A DNA stretch of 64,000 nt from Chitinophaga pinensis (GTDB lineage: Bacteria; Bacteroidota; Bacteroidia; Chitinophagales; CAIOSU01): the NCBI GenBank assembly GCA_945901065.1, contig CAMDKI010000004.1, positions 331,830-395,829 of the forward strand, in the 5' to 3' direction. Shown here one piece after another: positions 27,943 through 36,828 of this stretch. Positions within the stretch are counted from its first letter, which is position 1. The number at the start of each line of letters is the position of its first letter. Under the pieces are notes generated by a model that saw nothing but the letters and a program-made list of their open reading frames with translations, searched no databases and was not told where the DNA came from. A program made the translations under genes and the position numbers.

Positions 27943-28629
27943 ATGAAAAAGTTAGTAGTACTTACAGGTGCCGGCATTAGTGCCGAAAGCGGTATCCGCA
28001 CGTTTCGCGATGCGGGCGGGCTATGGGAAGGATACCGCATTGAAGATGTAGCCACTCCTGAAGCTTGGCGTAAAGACCCGGTATTGGTTACCCGTTTCTA
28101 TAACGAACGCAGACGCAATGCACTAGATGCGCAACCTAATGCTGGACACTTGGGCCTGGTTGAGCTGGAGAAGCATTTTGATGTACAGATAATAACCCAA
28201 AACGTGGATGACCTGCACGAACGCGCCGGCTCATCTAACATCATTCATCTACACGGCGAGCTATTGAAGGTGCGAAGCAGCGTGGTTGAGGAGTTGGTAT
28301 ACGACCGCACCACTGATGTAAATATTGGCGACAAATGTGAGAAGGGCCATCAACTACGCCCACATATTGTTTGGTTTGGCGAAGCAGTACCCATGATGGA
28401 TGTTGCTCTGCAAGCCACTATGGATGCCGATGTGTTTGTGGTGGTGGGCACCTCGTTGGTGGTTTACCCTGCAGCTAGCTTGGTCAACTATGTGCGCAAA
28501 GGCAGACCCATTTATATAGTAGACCCCAAGCGGCCCGATGTATCGCTGCCCAGCCATATTCATTTTATAGAAAAAACGGCTACCGAAGGCGTAACCGAAT
28601 TAATAAATTTACTTTTGCAGGATGAGTAA
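27943..28629 (+). CDS. cobB: NAD-dependent protein deacylase (sirtuin, CobB type)
   Basis: 228 aa with GAGISAESGIRTFRD, TQNVDDLHERAG and HLHGEL motifs. Confidence 0.9.
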   Translation: MKKLVVLTGAGISAESGIRTFRDAGGLWEGYRIEDVATPEAWRKDPVLVTRFYNERRRNALDAQPNAGHLGLVELEKHFDVQIITQNVDDLHERAGSSNIIHLHGELLKVRSSVVEELVYDRTTDVNIGDKCEKGHQLRPHIVWFGEAVPMMDVALQATMDADVFVVVGTSLVVYPAASLVNYVRKGRPIYIVDPKRPDVSLPSHIHFIEKTATEGVTELINLLLQDE

Positions 28630-29200
28630 GCGTAAAGTTGAACTTCAAGACGAAGAAAACCCATGGACATTGTTGGGTTCGAGTGTGGTGTACGACAACC
28701 CATGGATTAAGGTAAGGCAAGATGATGTGCTTGACCCCAGCGGCAAAGAAACCATATACGGCGTAGTATCGGCAAAGCACTTGGCCATAGGTATATTACC
28801 ACTCGATGATGAATACAATACCTGGTTGGTAGGTCAATACCGCTACCCCTTAGAGCGCTATAGCTGGGAGATTGTGGAAGGCGGTGGCAAGTTTGATGTT
28901 GACCCTATCATTTCGGGCAAGCGCGAGTTGTTGGAAGAAACGGGCATTACTGCCGAGCATTGGCAACACATAATGACTATACACACCAGCAATTGCATAG
29001 CTGACGAAACTGCTTATCTATATGTTGCCAAAGGCCTTACTTTCGGCCAATCTCAGCCAGATAGCAACGAGAAGCTACAAGTAGCCAAAGTGCCTTTTAC
29101 CGAAGTGTACCAAATGGTATTAGATGGCCGCATAACCGATAGCATGTCCGTTACCACCATACTTCGTGTCCATATCCTTATACAGGAAGGCAAACTATAA
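28622..29200 (+). CDS. Nudix hydrolase (ADP-ribose pyrophosphatase-like)
   Basis: 192 aa with the Nudix box GGGKFDVDPIISGKRELLEETGI. Its ATG overlaps the cobB stop codon (ATGAGTAA). Confidence 0.85.
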   Translation: MSKRKVELQDEENPWTLLGSSVVYDNPWIKVRQDDVLDPSGKETIYGVVSAKHLAIGILPLDDEYNTWLVGQYRYPLERYSWEIVEGGGKFDVDPIISGKRELLEETGITAEHWQHIMTIHTSNCIADETAYLYVAKGLTFGQSQPDSNEKLQVAKVPFTEVYQMVLDGRITDSMSVTTILRVHILIQEGKL

Positions 29201-29477
29201 ATTTTACATAAACAGCAGCATATAGCATGTTTAGCTCCTAAAGAGTTGCAAAAGTCCCATCGGGACTGGACATCTATAGCTTTGCAGTAAAATACATAAC
29301 ACTGCTCCGTAGATGGGCAATATTCGTAACGCCCCTTCTATGGTCGCCTAATCATCAGTCGCCCTCCATATTTTTTATTGTCCTGTTCGTTTTGCGGAAA
29401 CGTTGATTCCACAATATCTGTAAATTATTTACCCATGCAATCGCAAATAATGTGAGGTCATTACTTGCTTTCTGTAT

Positions 29478-29509
29478 AAATACTAAGTATTTTAGGCTAA
29501 TATTATTAG
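29478..29509. promoter_or_regulatory. two perfect AT-rich palindromes immediately upstream of dinB (candidate operator)
   Basis: The palindromes are aaatactaagtattt (29478-29492) and ctaatattattag (29497-29509). The dinB ATG is at 29517, and a weak -7-like tattttag lies at 29488-29495. Confidence 0.3.
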
Positions 29510-29516
29510 CATTGCA

Positions 29517-30743
29517 ATGGGAGATAACAATAAAAGAGCCATAGTGCATTTAGACCTTGATACGTTTTTTGTGTCGGTAGAGCGGTTGTTGGACAGTAGG
29601 CTGAACAACAAACCCGTAATGGTAGGTGGGGTTACCGACCGGGGCGTGGTTGCATCGTGCAGCTACGAGGCTCGGGCTTTTGGCATACACTCGGGCATGG
29701 CCATGAAAATAGCCCGCAGGCTGTGCCCCGAGGGCATGGTGGTAAAAGGCGATTCGGGTAAGTACAGCAAGTATTCGGCTATGGTAACCGAGATACTGAA
29801 AGAGAACGTACCCTTGCTGGAAAAGGCATCGGTGGATGAATTTTATGTGGACATGACGGGCATGGACAAGGTATTCGGGATTGCCCAATACACGGCAGAG
29901 TTGCGCCAGAAGATAATCCGCGAAACGGGCTTACCTATCTCCATGGGCCAATCGGAAAACAAGACCGTATCGAAGGTTGCCACCGGCGAATCGAAACCGA
30001 ATGGAAAAATGTTTGTGCAATATGGCCACGAGAAGGACTTTCTGGCCCCATTGCCTGTGCGCCGCTTGCCCATGGTGGGCGGCGAAACCACTAAAGTACT
30101 GCATGAGTTGGGCATTAAAACCATACACACTCTGCAGCAAATGCCCAAACCTGCGCTGGAGAAGGTACTCGGAAAAAACGGCCATACCATCTGGATGCGG
30201 GCGCAAGGTATTGATAACACACCCGTGAAACCCTACTTTGAGCAGGAATCATTGTCCATGGAGCGCACCTTTGATAAGGATACCATTGATGTGATAAAGC
30301 TCAAGAACATACTGCGTGCCATGGCCGAGGGACTGGCCTTCCAGTTGCGGTTGGGCAACAAACTTACAGCCTGCATTGGTGTAAAAGTGCGATACTCGGA
30401 TATGCAGACTTATAGCCGACAAGAGCGCATACCTTACACCTCGTGCGACCATATCATTATCGCCAAGGTGCTGGAGTTGTTCCAAAAACTGTTCGAGCGA
30501 CGGCAGTTGATACGTACCATTGGCATTAAGTGCAGTAATCTGGTAGGTGGTGGACACCAGATAAATCTACTGGAAGATTCGGTGGAGCTGATACAGCTTT
30601 ACCAAGAAATGGACTACCTGCGCAAAAAATACAAGGATAGCCGCATTGTAACCCGGGCCTCGATTCTGGACCAAGAAAATATTGGCGTATGGAACCCTTG
30701 GACAGGTGAGCGCCCCACTCCCCCAGCCCATAGGCACGCCTAA
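29517..30743 (+). CDS. dinB: DNA polymerase IV (Y-family)
   Basis: 408 aa. The catalytic acidic motifs HLDLDTFFVSVE and SVDEFYVDMTG are both present. Confidence 0.9.
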   Translation: MGDNNKRAIVHLDLDTFFVSVERLLDSRLNNKPVMVGGVTDRGVVASCSYEARAFGIHSGMAMKIARRLCPEGMVVKGDSGKYSKYSAMVTEILKENVPLLEKASVDEFYVDMTGMDKVFGIAQYTAELRQKIIRETGLPISMGQSENKTVSKVATGESKPNGKMFVQYGHEKDFLAPLPVRRLPMVGGETTKVLHELGIKTIHTLQQMPKPALEKVLGKNGHTIWMRAQGIDNTPVKPYFEQESLSMERTFDKDTIDVIKLKNILRAMAEGLAFQLRLGNKLTACIGVKVRYSDMQTYSRQERIPYTSCDHIIIAKVLELFQKLFERRQLIRTIGIKCSNLVGGGHQINLLEDSVELIQLYQEMDYLRKKYKDSRIVTRASILDQENIGVWNPWTGERPTPPAHRHA

Positions 30744-30756
30744 AATAAGCAAAGGT

Positions 30757-33684
30757 ATGTATCTCAATTGTCATAGCTATTATAGTTTCAACTATGGGGT
30801 AATGTCCGTAGAAGACCTATTGCGCTATAGCCACGCCATGGGTGCTACACACTTGGCGCTTACCGACATCAACAACACATCAGGCTGTCTCGATTTCCTG
30901 CGACTGGCACCCAACTATGGCATCCAACCCATCATCGGCATCGACTTTAGGAACGGTAATACGCAACTTTACATCGGCATTGCTTTGAGTAATTTGGGGT
31001 TTAGGCATTTAAACGAATACCTCTCCAAATACAAAATGGCCAAGCAAGAATTGCCATTAGTGGCACCAGTATTGGAGGGTGTGGTTTTTATCTATCCTTG
31101 GGTAAGGGGCATGAAAACCGCCTTGCTCGAAGGGCATTATATCGGCGTAAAGCCACACGAGCTTACACACTTTCGGCTATACGGCAAAAAACACCCGCCT
31201 GGTAAGGTAGTAATATTGAATACCGTTTCGTTTAGGCACAAAACCGATTTCAACACCCACCGCCTGTTGTGCGCTATTGGCAACAATGCCCTGCTAAGCA
31301 AACTGGAACCCACACTGCACGGCACCGAAACGGATGTATTGATACCGCAGGCTAAACTGCTGGCCCTGTATACCGAGGTGCCCCAAGCAGCTAACAATAC
31401 CTTAACCATAACCGAAACGGCGCAAGTCTATTTTGAGTTTGGCAAAAGCAAAAACAAAAAAACATATTTGGGCAACGAAGCCGACGACTATGCCCTACTA
31501 GCCAAACTAGCCAAAGATGGGCTTGATTATCGCTACCCGCAGCAAACGGATAAGGTAAAGCAACGCTTAGCCCATGAGCTGGAAACGATAGGCAAACTAG
31601 GATTTACGCCCTATTTTTTGATTAATTGGGATATGGTTCGTTTTGCTACTTCGCAGGGCTTTTTTCATGTGGGCAGGGGCAGTGGTGCCAATAGTTTGGT
31701 GGCCTATTGCATGGGCATAACCGATGTAGACCCCATGGAGCTAGATCTCTATTTTGAGCGCTTTATTAACCCTTCGCGCAAAAACCCACCCGACTTCGAC
31801 ATCGACTTTTCACATACCGATAGGGATACCGTAAGGCGCTATCTGTTTGATAAATATCCCGGACACACCGCTTTGGTGGGGGCATATAGCACCTTTGAGC
31901 ACAAGGCCGCCATTCGTGAGATTGGTAAGGTATTTGGCCTGCCCCCGCACGAAATTGACCAGCTACAAGCCGACCGCAAAACCGCATCGCCACAGCAAGA
32001 CCAATATGGCAAACTGATAATGCACTATGCCGCCCACATACACGGGCTGCCCAACTTGCTTACGGTGCATGCCTGCGGGGTGCTTATTTCAGAAGAACCC
32101 ATCACCTGCTACTCGGCATTGGAGCTGCCGCCCGTGGGGTTTCCGGTTACGCAGTACTCTATGTTGGAGGCCGAAGATGTGGGGTTGTATAAATATGATG
32201 TACTGAGCCAGCGTGGCCTGGGGCACATTAAAGATGCAGTGGGTTTTATCAAAACCAACCAAGGCATTGATATAGACATACACGACATCAAGGCCTTTAA
32301 AGAGGACTTACGGATAAAGCAAATGCTAAAAACGGGCGATACCATTGGCTGCTTTTATGTGGAGTCGCCTGCAATGCGGCAATTAATGCGCAAGTTGATG
32401 GTGGATGATTATCTGGGATTGGTTGCCGCCAGTTCGGTTATCCGGCCCGGCGTATCCAGCTCAGGCATGATGCGGCAATATATTCTCCGGTACCGCTACC
32501 CCGACAAGCGCAAGGAGGCGCACCCCAAGTTACTGGAGATAATGCCTGAAACCTTTGGTGTAATGGTGTATCAAGAAGATGTGATAAAAGTGGCCCACTA
32601 CTATGCAGGGCTTAGTTTGGAGGAGTCGGATGTGATGCGGCGGGGCATGTCGGGCAAGTTTCGCAGCCGGGCCGAGTTTCAGCGCGTGGAGGATAAGTTT
32701 TTCGAGAACTGCCAAGAGCGAGGCTACCCCGAAGAGGAGGCCAAAGAGATATGGCGGCAGGTGGAGAGCTTTGCGGGCTATTCGTTTGCCAAGGGGCACT
32801 CGGCATCGTTTGCCGTGGAGAGCTACCAGAGCCTGTACCTGCGCGCCTACTACCCTATTGAGTTTATTACGGCGGTGGTAAACAATTTCGGGGGCTTTTA
32901 CTCCACCGAGCACTACCTACACGAGGCGCGCATGTTGGGTGCTACCGTTGAGTTGCCCTGCGTAAACAACAGCGACGACCTCTGCGTGCTGCGCGGCACC
33001 ACCATATACATGGCGCTTTGCCTCATTAAAGACTTAGAGCGTGGTACCGTGAAAGCACTGCTAGCCGAACGCCAGCGAAATGGGCCATACATCAGTTTGC
33101 AGGATTTTATAACCCGCGTATCCATTTCGTTAGAGCAGTTGCGCATTCTTATCCGCATCAAGGCCTTTCGGTTTACGGGCAAAAGCAGCAAAGAACTGCT
33201 GTGGGAAGCGCACATGGCCCTCTCGAAAACCAAGAAAACCGACCCCAAACCCGAACTGTTTAAAGCCAAACCCGAACCCACGCAGTTGCCCGAACTGGAA
33301 TATGGCCAAAATGAAGATGCCTTTGATGAAATGCAGATACTGGGCTTCCCGTTTGCCTCGCCATTTAACTTGATGAAGAAGCAATACAAGGGCTTGGTAA
33401 TGGCCGATGAATTGATGGAACACCTGGGCAATGTGGTGTATATAGTGGGCTACTTTGTTACGCTCAAGCCTGTGGTAACCATCACCAACCAGCGCATGTT
33501 TTTCGGCAGCTTTATCGATCATCAAGGAAAGCTGTTTGATACGGTGCATTTTCCGCAATCGGTGGCGCGTAACAGCACGCCATCAAAAGGCTGTTATTTG
33601 CTAAAAGGTACAGTGATAGAAGATTTTGACGTACCCAGTATCGAAGTAAGCCACATGGAGCGGATAGCTTGGGCTATTGATTAG
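30757..33684 (+). CDS. dnaE2: second DNA polymerase III alpha-type subunit (DnaE2/ImuC-like, error-prone class by context)
   Basis: 975 aa from ATG 30757. It has an N-terminal PHP domain (MYLNCHSYYSFNYG...LALTDINN), a Pol III alpha core (GRGSGANSLVAYCMGITDVDP) and a C-terminal OB-like region, and it starts 13 nt after dinB. Confidence 0.8.
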   Translation: MYLNCHSYYSFNYGVMSVEDLLRYSHAMGATHLALTDINNTSGCLDFLRLAPNYGIQPIIGIDFRNGNTQLYIGIALSNLGFRHLNEYLSKYKMAKQELPLVAPVLEGVVFIYPWVRGMKTALLEGHYIGVKPHELTHFRLYGKKHPPGKVVILNTVSFRHKTDFNTHRLLCAIGNNALLSKLEPTLHGTETDVLIPQAKLLALYTEVPQAANNTLTITETAQVYFEFGKSKNKKTYLGNEADDYALLAKLAKDGLDYRYPQQTDKVKQRLAHELETIGKLGFTPYFLINWDMVRFATSQGFFHVGRGSGANSLVAYCMGITDVDPMELDLYFERFINPSRKNPPDFDIDFSHTDRDTVRRYLFDKYPGHTALVGAYSTFEHKAAIREIGKVFGLPPHEIDQLQADRKTASPQQDQYGKLIMHYAAHIHGLPNLLTVHACGVLISEEPITCYSALELPPVGFPVTQYSMLEAEDVGLYKYDVLSQRGLGHIKDAVGFIKTNQGIDIDIHDIKAFKEDLRIKQMLKTGDTIGCFYVESPAMRQLMRKLMVDDYLGLVAASSVIRPGVSSSGMMRQYILRYRYPDKRKEAHPKLLEIMPETFGVMVYQEDVIKVAHYYAGLSLEESDVMRRGMSGKFRSRAEFQRVEDKFFENCQERGYPEEEAKEIWRQVESFAGYSFAKGHSASFAVESYQSLYLRAYYPIEFITAVVNNFGGFYSTEHYLHEARMLGATVELPCVNNSDDLCVLRGTTIYMALCLIKDLERGTVKALLAERQRNGPYISLQDFITRVSISLEQLRILIRIKAFRFTGKSSKELLWEAHMALSKTKKTDPKPELFKAKPEPTQLPELEYGQNEDAFDEMQILGFPFASPFNLMKKQYKGLVMADELMEHLGNVVYIVGYFVTLKPVVTITNQRMFFGSFIDHQGKLFDTVHFPQSVARNSTPSKGCYLLKGTVIEDFDVPSIEVSHMERIAWAID

Positions 33685-33690
33685 TAATTA

Positions 33691-34407
33691 TTATGCAAAC
33701 GCAGCCAACTCTTTCAACGTCACCCTACCTTCGTAAATAGCTTTACCAAGGATAGTACCAGCTACGCCAATTTCATTGAGCTGGTGCAGGTCGTCCATGT
33801 TGCTTACGCCACCACTGGCTATCAATTGCAGCTTGGGAAACTCGGCCATCATGTCTTTATATAAACCAATAGATGGGCCTTGCAACATGCCGTCTTTGGA
33901 TACATCGGTACAGATAACTTGGGTAATGCCCTTTTGGATGTAATCTTCAATAAAGGCAGGCCACTTAACCGTGCCTTTTTCTTGCCAACCGTGTATGGCG
34001 ATGAAATCACCTTTTACATCGGCACCCAATATAATCTTATCTGCCCCAAAGCAAGCCAACCAGTGCGATACGGTATCGGGTTGTGTAACGGCAATACTAC
34101 CTGCGGTAACCATGGCTGCACCGCAATTAAATACCACTTCCAAGTCTTCATTGGTGCGCACACCGCCGCCAAAGTCAATCACTAAACTAGTATTGTTGGC
34201 AATGCGCTCCAGAACTTTCCAGTTGATTACTTTCTTCGCCTTGGCACCATCCAAATCAACCAAATGCAAACGAGTCAACCCAGCACCTTCAAACTCTTTG
34301 GCAACCTCTAGTGGGTCTTCGTTGTAGATAGTTTTCTGGTTATAGTTGCCTTGGGTAAGGCGCACGCACTTAGCATCAATAAGATCAATTGCGGGGATGA
34401 TTTTCAT
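33691..34407 (-). CDS. hisA: ProFAR isomerase HisA
   Basis: 238 aa with MKIIPAIDL..., the (beta/alpha)8 HisA pattern, and VIDFGGGVR. Confidence 0.93.
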   Translation of the reverse strand: MKIIPAIDLIDAKCVRLTQGNYNQKTIYNEDPLEVAKEFEGAGLTRLHLVDLDGAKAKKVINWKVLERIANNTSLVIDFGGGVRTNEDLEVVFNCGAAMVTAGSIAVTQPDTVSHWLACFGADKIILGADVKGDFIAIHGWQEKGTVKWPAFIEDYIQKGITQVICTDVSKDGMLQGPSIGLYKDMMAEFPKLQLIASGGVSNMDDLHQLNEIGVAGTILGKAIYEGRVTLKELAAFA

Positions 34408-34985
34408 TACAGCTCCAAGAATTTTTTAAGAATTTGCTCGCCTAGTAAACCAGATTTCTCAGGGTGGAACTGCATGGCGTAAAAGTTGTCTTTCTGAATA
34501 GCGGCGCTGAACGGCATAATATAATCGCAAACAGCCGTAGTATCGCTGCCCAACGGCACATAATAACTATGGACAAAATATACGTGCCCACCTTCCATAT
34601 CGGTTGTAAACAATGGCCCCTTCACTCGGGTAATATTGTTCCAACCCATGTGCGGCACTTTCATTATGGGCTCAAATTTCACCACACGATGCGGAAAAAT
34701 ACCTAAACCATGCGTTTCGCCTTCATCAGAATATTCGCACATCAATTGCATGCCCAAGCAAACACCCAATACTGGTTGGGTAAGGCTAGGTATCAAAGTA
34801 TCCAGCCCTAACTCCCTCAAAAATCCCATCGTTGATGAGGCTTCTCCTACACCCGGAAATATTACCTTATCAGCCTTACGAAGCACCTCTGGGTCACGGG
34901 TTAATACAGGTTCTACCCCTAAACGTTGTAGTGCGAATATTACGCTCTGAGTATTGCCCGCGTTATAATCAACAATAGCAATCAT
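34407..34985 (-). CDS. hisH: imidazole glycerol phosphate synthase, glutamine amidotransferase subunit HisH
   Basis: 192 aa with the class I GATase nucleophile GVCLGMQ and FVHSY/HPEKS motifs. It overlaps hisA by 1 nt. Confidence 0.93.
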   Translation of the reverse strand: MIAIVDYNAGNTQSVIFALQRLGVEPVLTRDPEVLRKADKVIFPGVGEASSTMGFLRELGLDTLIPSLTQPVLGVCLGMQLMCEYSDEGETHGLGIFPHRVVKFEPIMKVPHMGWNNITRVKGPLFTTDMEGGHVYFVHSYYVPLGSDTTAVCDYIMPFSAAIQKDNFYAMQFHPEKSGLLGEQILKKFLEL

Positions 34986-36085
34986 AGCGTTCCTTTTGTG
35001 CTTGGCAATTCGCCAGTTCCATCATCTTTAATGGCCATTTTCAAAGCCTTAGCAAAAGCCTTAAAAATAGATTCTATCTTATGGTGTTCATTGGTGCCTT
35101 CTGCTTTAATATTCAAGTTGCAGCGGGCCGTATCACTCAACGATTTGAAGAAGTGATAGAACATCTCCGTAGGCATATCGCCTACCATGTCACGGGTAAA
35201 CTCTACTTCCCAAACCAGCCAAGGTCGGCCACCAAAGTCAAGGGCCACTTGTGCCAAACAATCATCCATGGGCAAACAAAAGCCATAACGCTGGATGCCG
35301 CGCTTTTCGCCAAGTGCTTTATCAAGCGCCTGACCTAATGCTAATGCTGTATCCTCAATAGTATGGTGCTCGTCAATGTGCAAGTCGCCTACAACATTAA
35401 CCTGTAAGCCAATGCCACCATGGCGGGCTATCTGCTCCAGCATGTGATCAAAAAATCCAAGGCCAGTGCTTATTTTAGTTGGAGTAAGGTTCTCTAGGTC
35501 AACAGTGATGTTAATGTCCGTCTCTTTTGTTTTCCTATTTACGCTGGCTTTGCGACCCGTTTGTTTCAAGAAACTATATACCTCGTTCCAGTCTTTGGTA
35601 ACCAATTGGCAAGTTTCGGCCAATACTTCTGGTATAATCAGTTCGTTTAACAGAATCGATTTGGCCCCAAGGTTTTTGGCTAGTTCCATATCCGTTAGCC
35701 TATCGCCTATTACCCACGAATTGGCAAGGTCGTACTGGCCGTTCATATAATCTACCAGCATTCCAGTGCGCGGCTTGCGGGTGTGAGCTTTTTCTTCCTC
35801 AAAAGTCTGATCAATATGCACCCCACGGAAGGTAATACCTTCGCCTTTCAAGGTATCCATCAATAAGTTATGGGCAGGCCAAAAGGTATGTTCGGGAAAA
35901 GAATCGGTTCCCAAGCCATCTTGGTTCGTAACCATCACTAGTTCATAGCCCAGCTCATATTGCAACTTGTATAGGTTGCGGATCATGCCCGGGTAAAACT
36001 GCAGTTTCTCAAGGGAGTCTATCTGCCAATCGGCAGGCTCAATTATCAACACGCCGTCGCGGTCAATAAAAAGGATTTTCTTCAT
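34982..36085 (-). CDS. hisB: bifunctional histidinol-phosphatase / imidazoleglycerol-phosphate dehydratase HisB
   Basis: An HAD-type N-terminus (LFIDRDGV) is fused to IGPD ([17 protein letters not shown]). It shares an ATGA overlap with hisH. The start is taken at ATG 36085. Confidence 0.93.
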   Translation of the reverse strand: MKKILFIDRDGVLIIEPADWQIDSLEKLQFYPGMIRNLYKLQYELGYELVMVTNQDGLGTDSFPEHTFWPAHNLLMDTLKGEGITFRGVHIDQTFEEEKAHTRKPRTGMLVDYMNGQYDLANSWVIGDRLTDMELAKNLGAKSILLNELIIPEVLAETCQLVTKDWNEVYSFLKQTGRKASVNRKTKETDINITVDLENLTPTKISTGLGFFDHMLEQIARHGGIGLQVNVVGDLHIDEHHTIEDTALALGQALDKALGEKRGIQRYGFCLPMDDCLAQVALDFGGRPWLVWEVEFTRDMVGDMPTEMFYHFFKSLSDTARCNLNIKAEGTNEHHKIESIFKAFAKALKMAIKDDGTGELPSTKGTL

Positions 36086-36091
36086 AGTGGG

Positions 36092-36099
36092 CAAAGATA
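36092..36099 (-). promoter_or_regulatory. candidate -7 box TATCTTTG 6 nt upstream of the hisB ATG
   Basis: The minus strand reads tatctttgcccactATG. A direct repeat cttgatact x2 lies just upstream. Confidence 0.4.
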
Positions 36100-36170
36100 A
36101 CTCGTAAGTATCAAGATGTGAGTATCAAGTATGAAGACTATTTTCTACAAATAGCCAATTACCGACCTAA

Positions 36171-36755
36171 TCAATTCAATATAGGGTTTTCTGGAAAATT
36201 GACCATCATGGCATAGTCGCCGCCTTTTTCTTGCAGCACTTTTTTCCAAAGGCTAATCGATTCGATTTTAAAAACATACCTAGGCTTTGCTGGATGCACT
36301 ATCCACGAATTATCTTCCATTTCTTCTTCCAATTGCCCTGCATCCCAGCCTGAATAGCCCAAAAAGAACTTAAATTGCTCGGGCTTCACTTTGCCTTCTT
36401 GCACGAGTTCTTGTAAAATTTCAAAGTTGCCTCCCCAATAAAGGCCAGGTAACACCTCAACACTACCTGGCAATAAATCGCCAACGGTATGCAAGTAATG
36501 CAAAGTATCAATAGCTACAGGGCCTCCTATAAAAAGAGGTGCTTCGAATCCTTCGAAACCATCTACTACGCTTTCCAGCGCTAACGGCGCTTGCCTGGTA
36601 AGCACAAACCCAAATGAGCCATCTTCGTCGTTATGCTGCGCCAATATAATTACCGTGCGCTTAAAGTTGGGGTCCTCCATGAACGGCTCAGCCAATAGTA
36701 GACATCCTCCATATGGTTTCTTATCTTTCAAGATGTTAACGTTTGCTTTATCCAT
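36171..36755 (-). CDS. YqgE/AlgH family protein (UPF0301)
   Basis: 194 aa with the LLLAEPFMEDPNFKRTVIIL...GGPV pattern typical of the family. Confidence 0.85.
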   Translation of the reverse strand: MDKANVNILKDKKPYGGCLLLAEPFMEDPNFKRTVIILAQHNDEDGSFGFVLTRQAPLALESVVDGFEGFEAPLFIGGPVAIDTLHYLHTVGDLLPGSVEVLPGLYWGGNFEILQELVQEGKVKPEQFKFFLGYSGWDAGQLEEEMEDNSWIVHPAKPRYVFKIESISLWKKVLQEKGGDYAMMVNFPENPILN

Positions 36756-36828
36756 AAATAAACAACAACCAAGTCAAAACGGTTATCAAAAGACCATGGC
36801 AGCATCAATTTGGTTGCAACTTGCTTTG

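Noticed and set aside
27943-29200. SIR2 + Nudix as an anti-phage defence system
   Set aside because: The SIR2 protein is a short classical CobB-type sirtuin with housekeeping motifs. It has no fused sensor or effector domains and no partner typical of Thoeris-, DSR- or pAgo-type systems.
29472-29487. E. coli-type LexA box upstream of dinB (ctgtataaatactaag)
   Set aside because: The left half CTGTAT fits the consensus, but the right half is AAG rather than CAG (about 12/16 to the consensus). There is also no reason to expect the gammaproteobacterial motif in this phylum.
29355-29549. 64-aa minus-strand ORF upstream of dinB
   Set aside because: It lies in AT-rich promoter DNA, overlaps the dinB start, and has no motifs.
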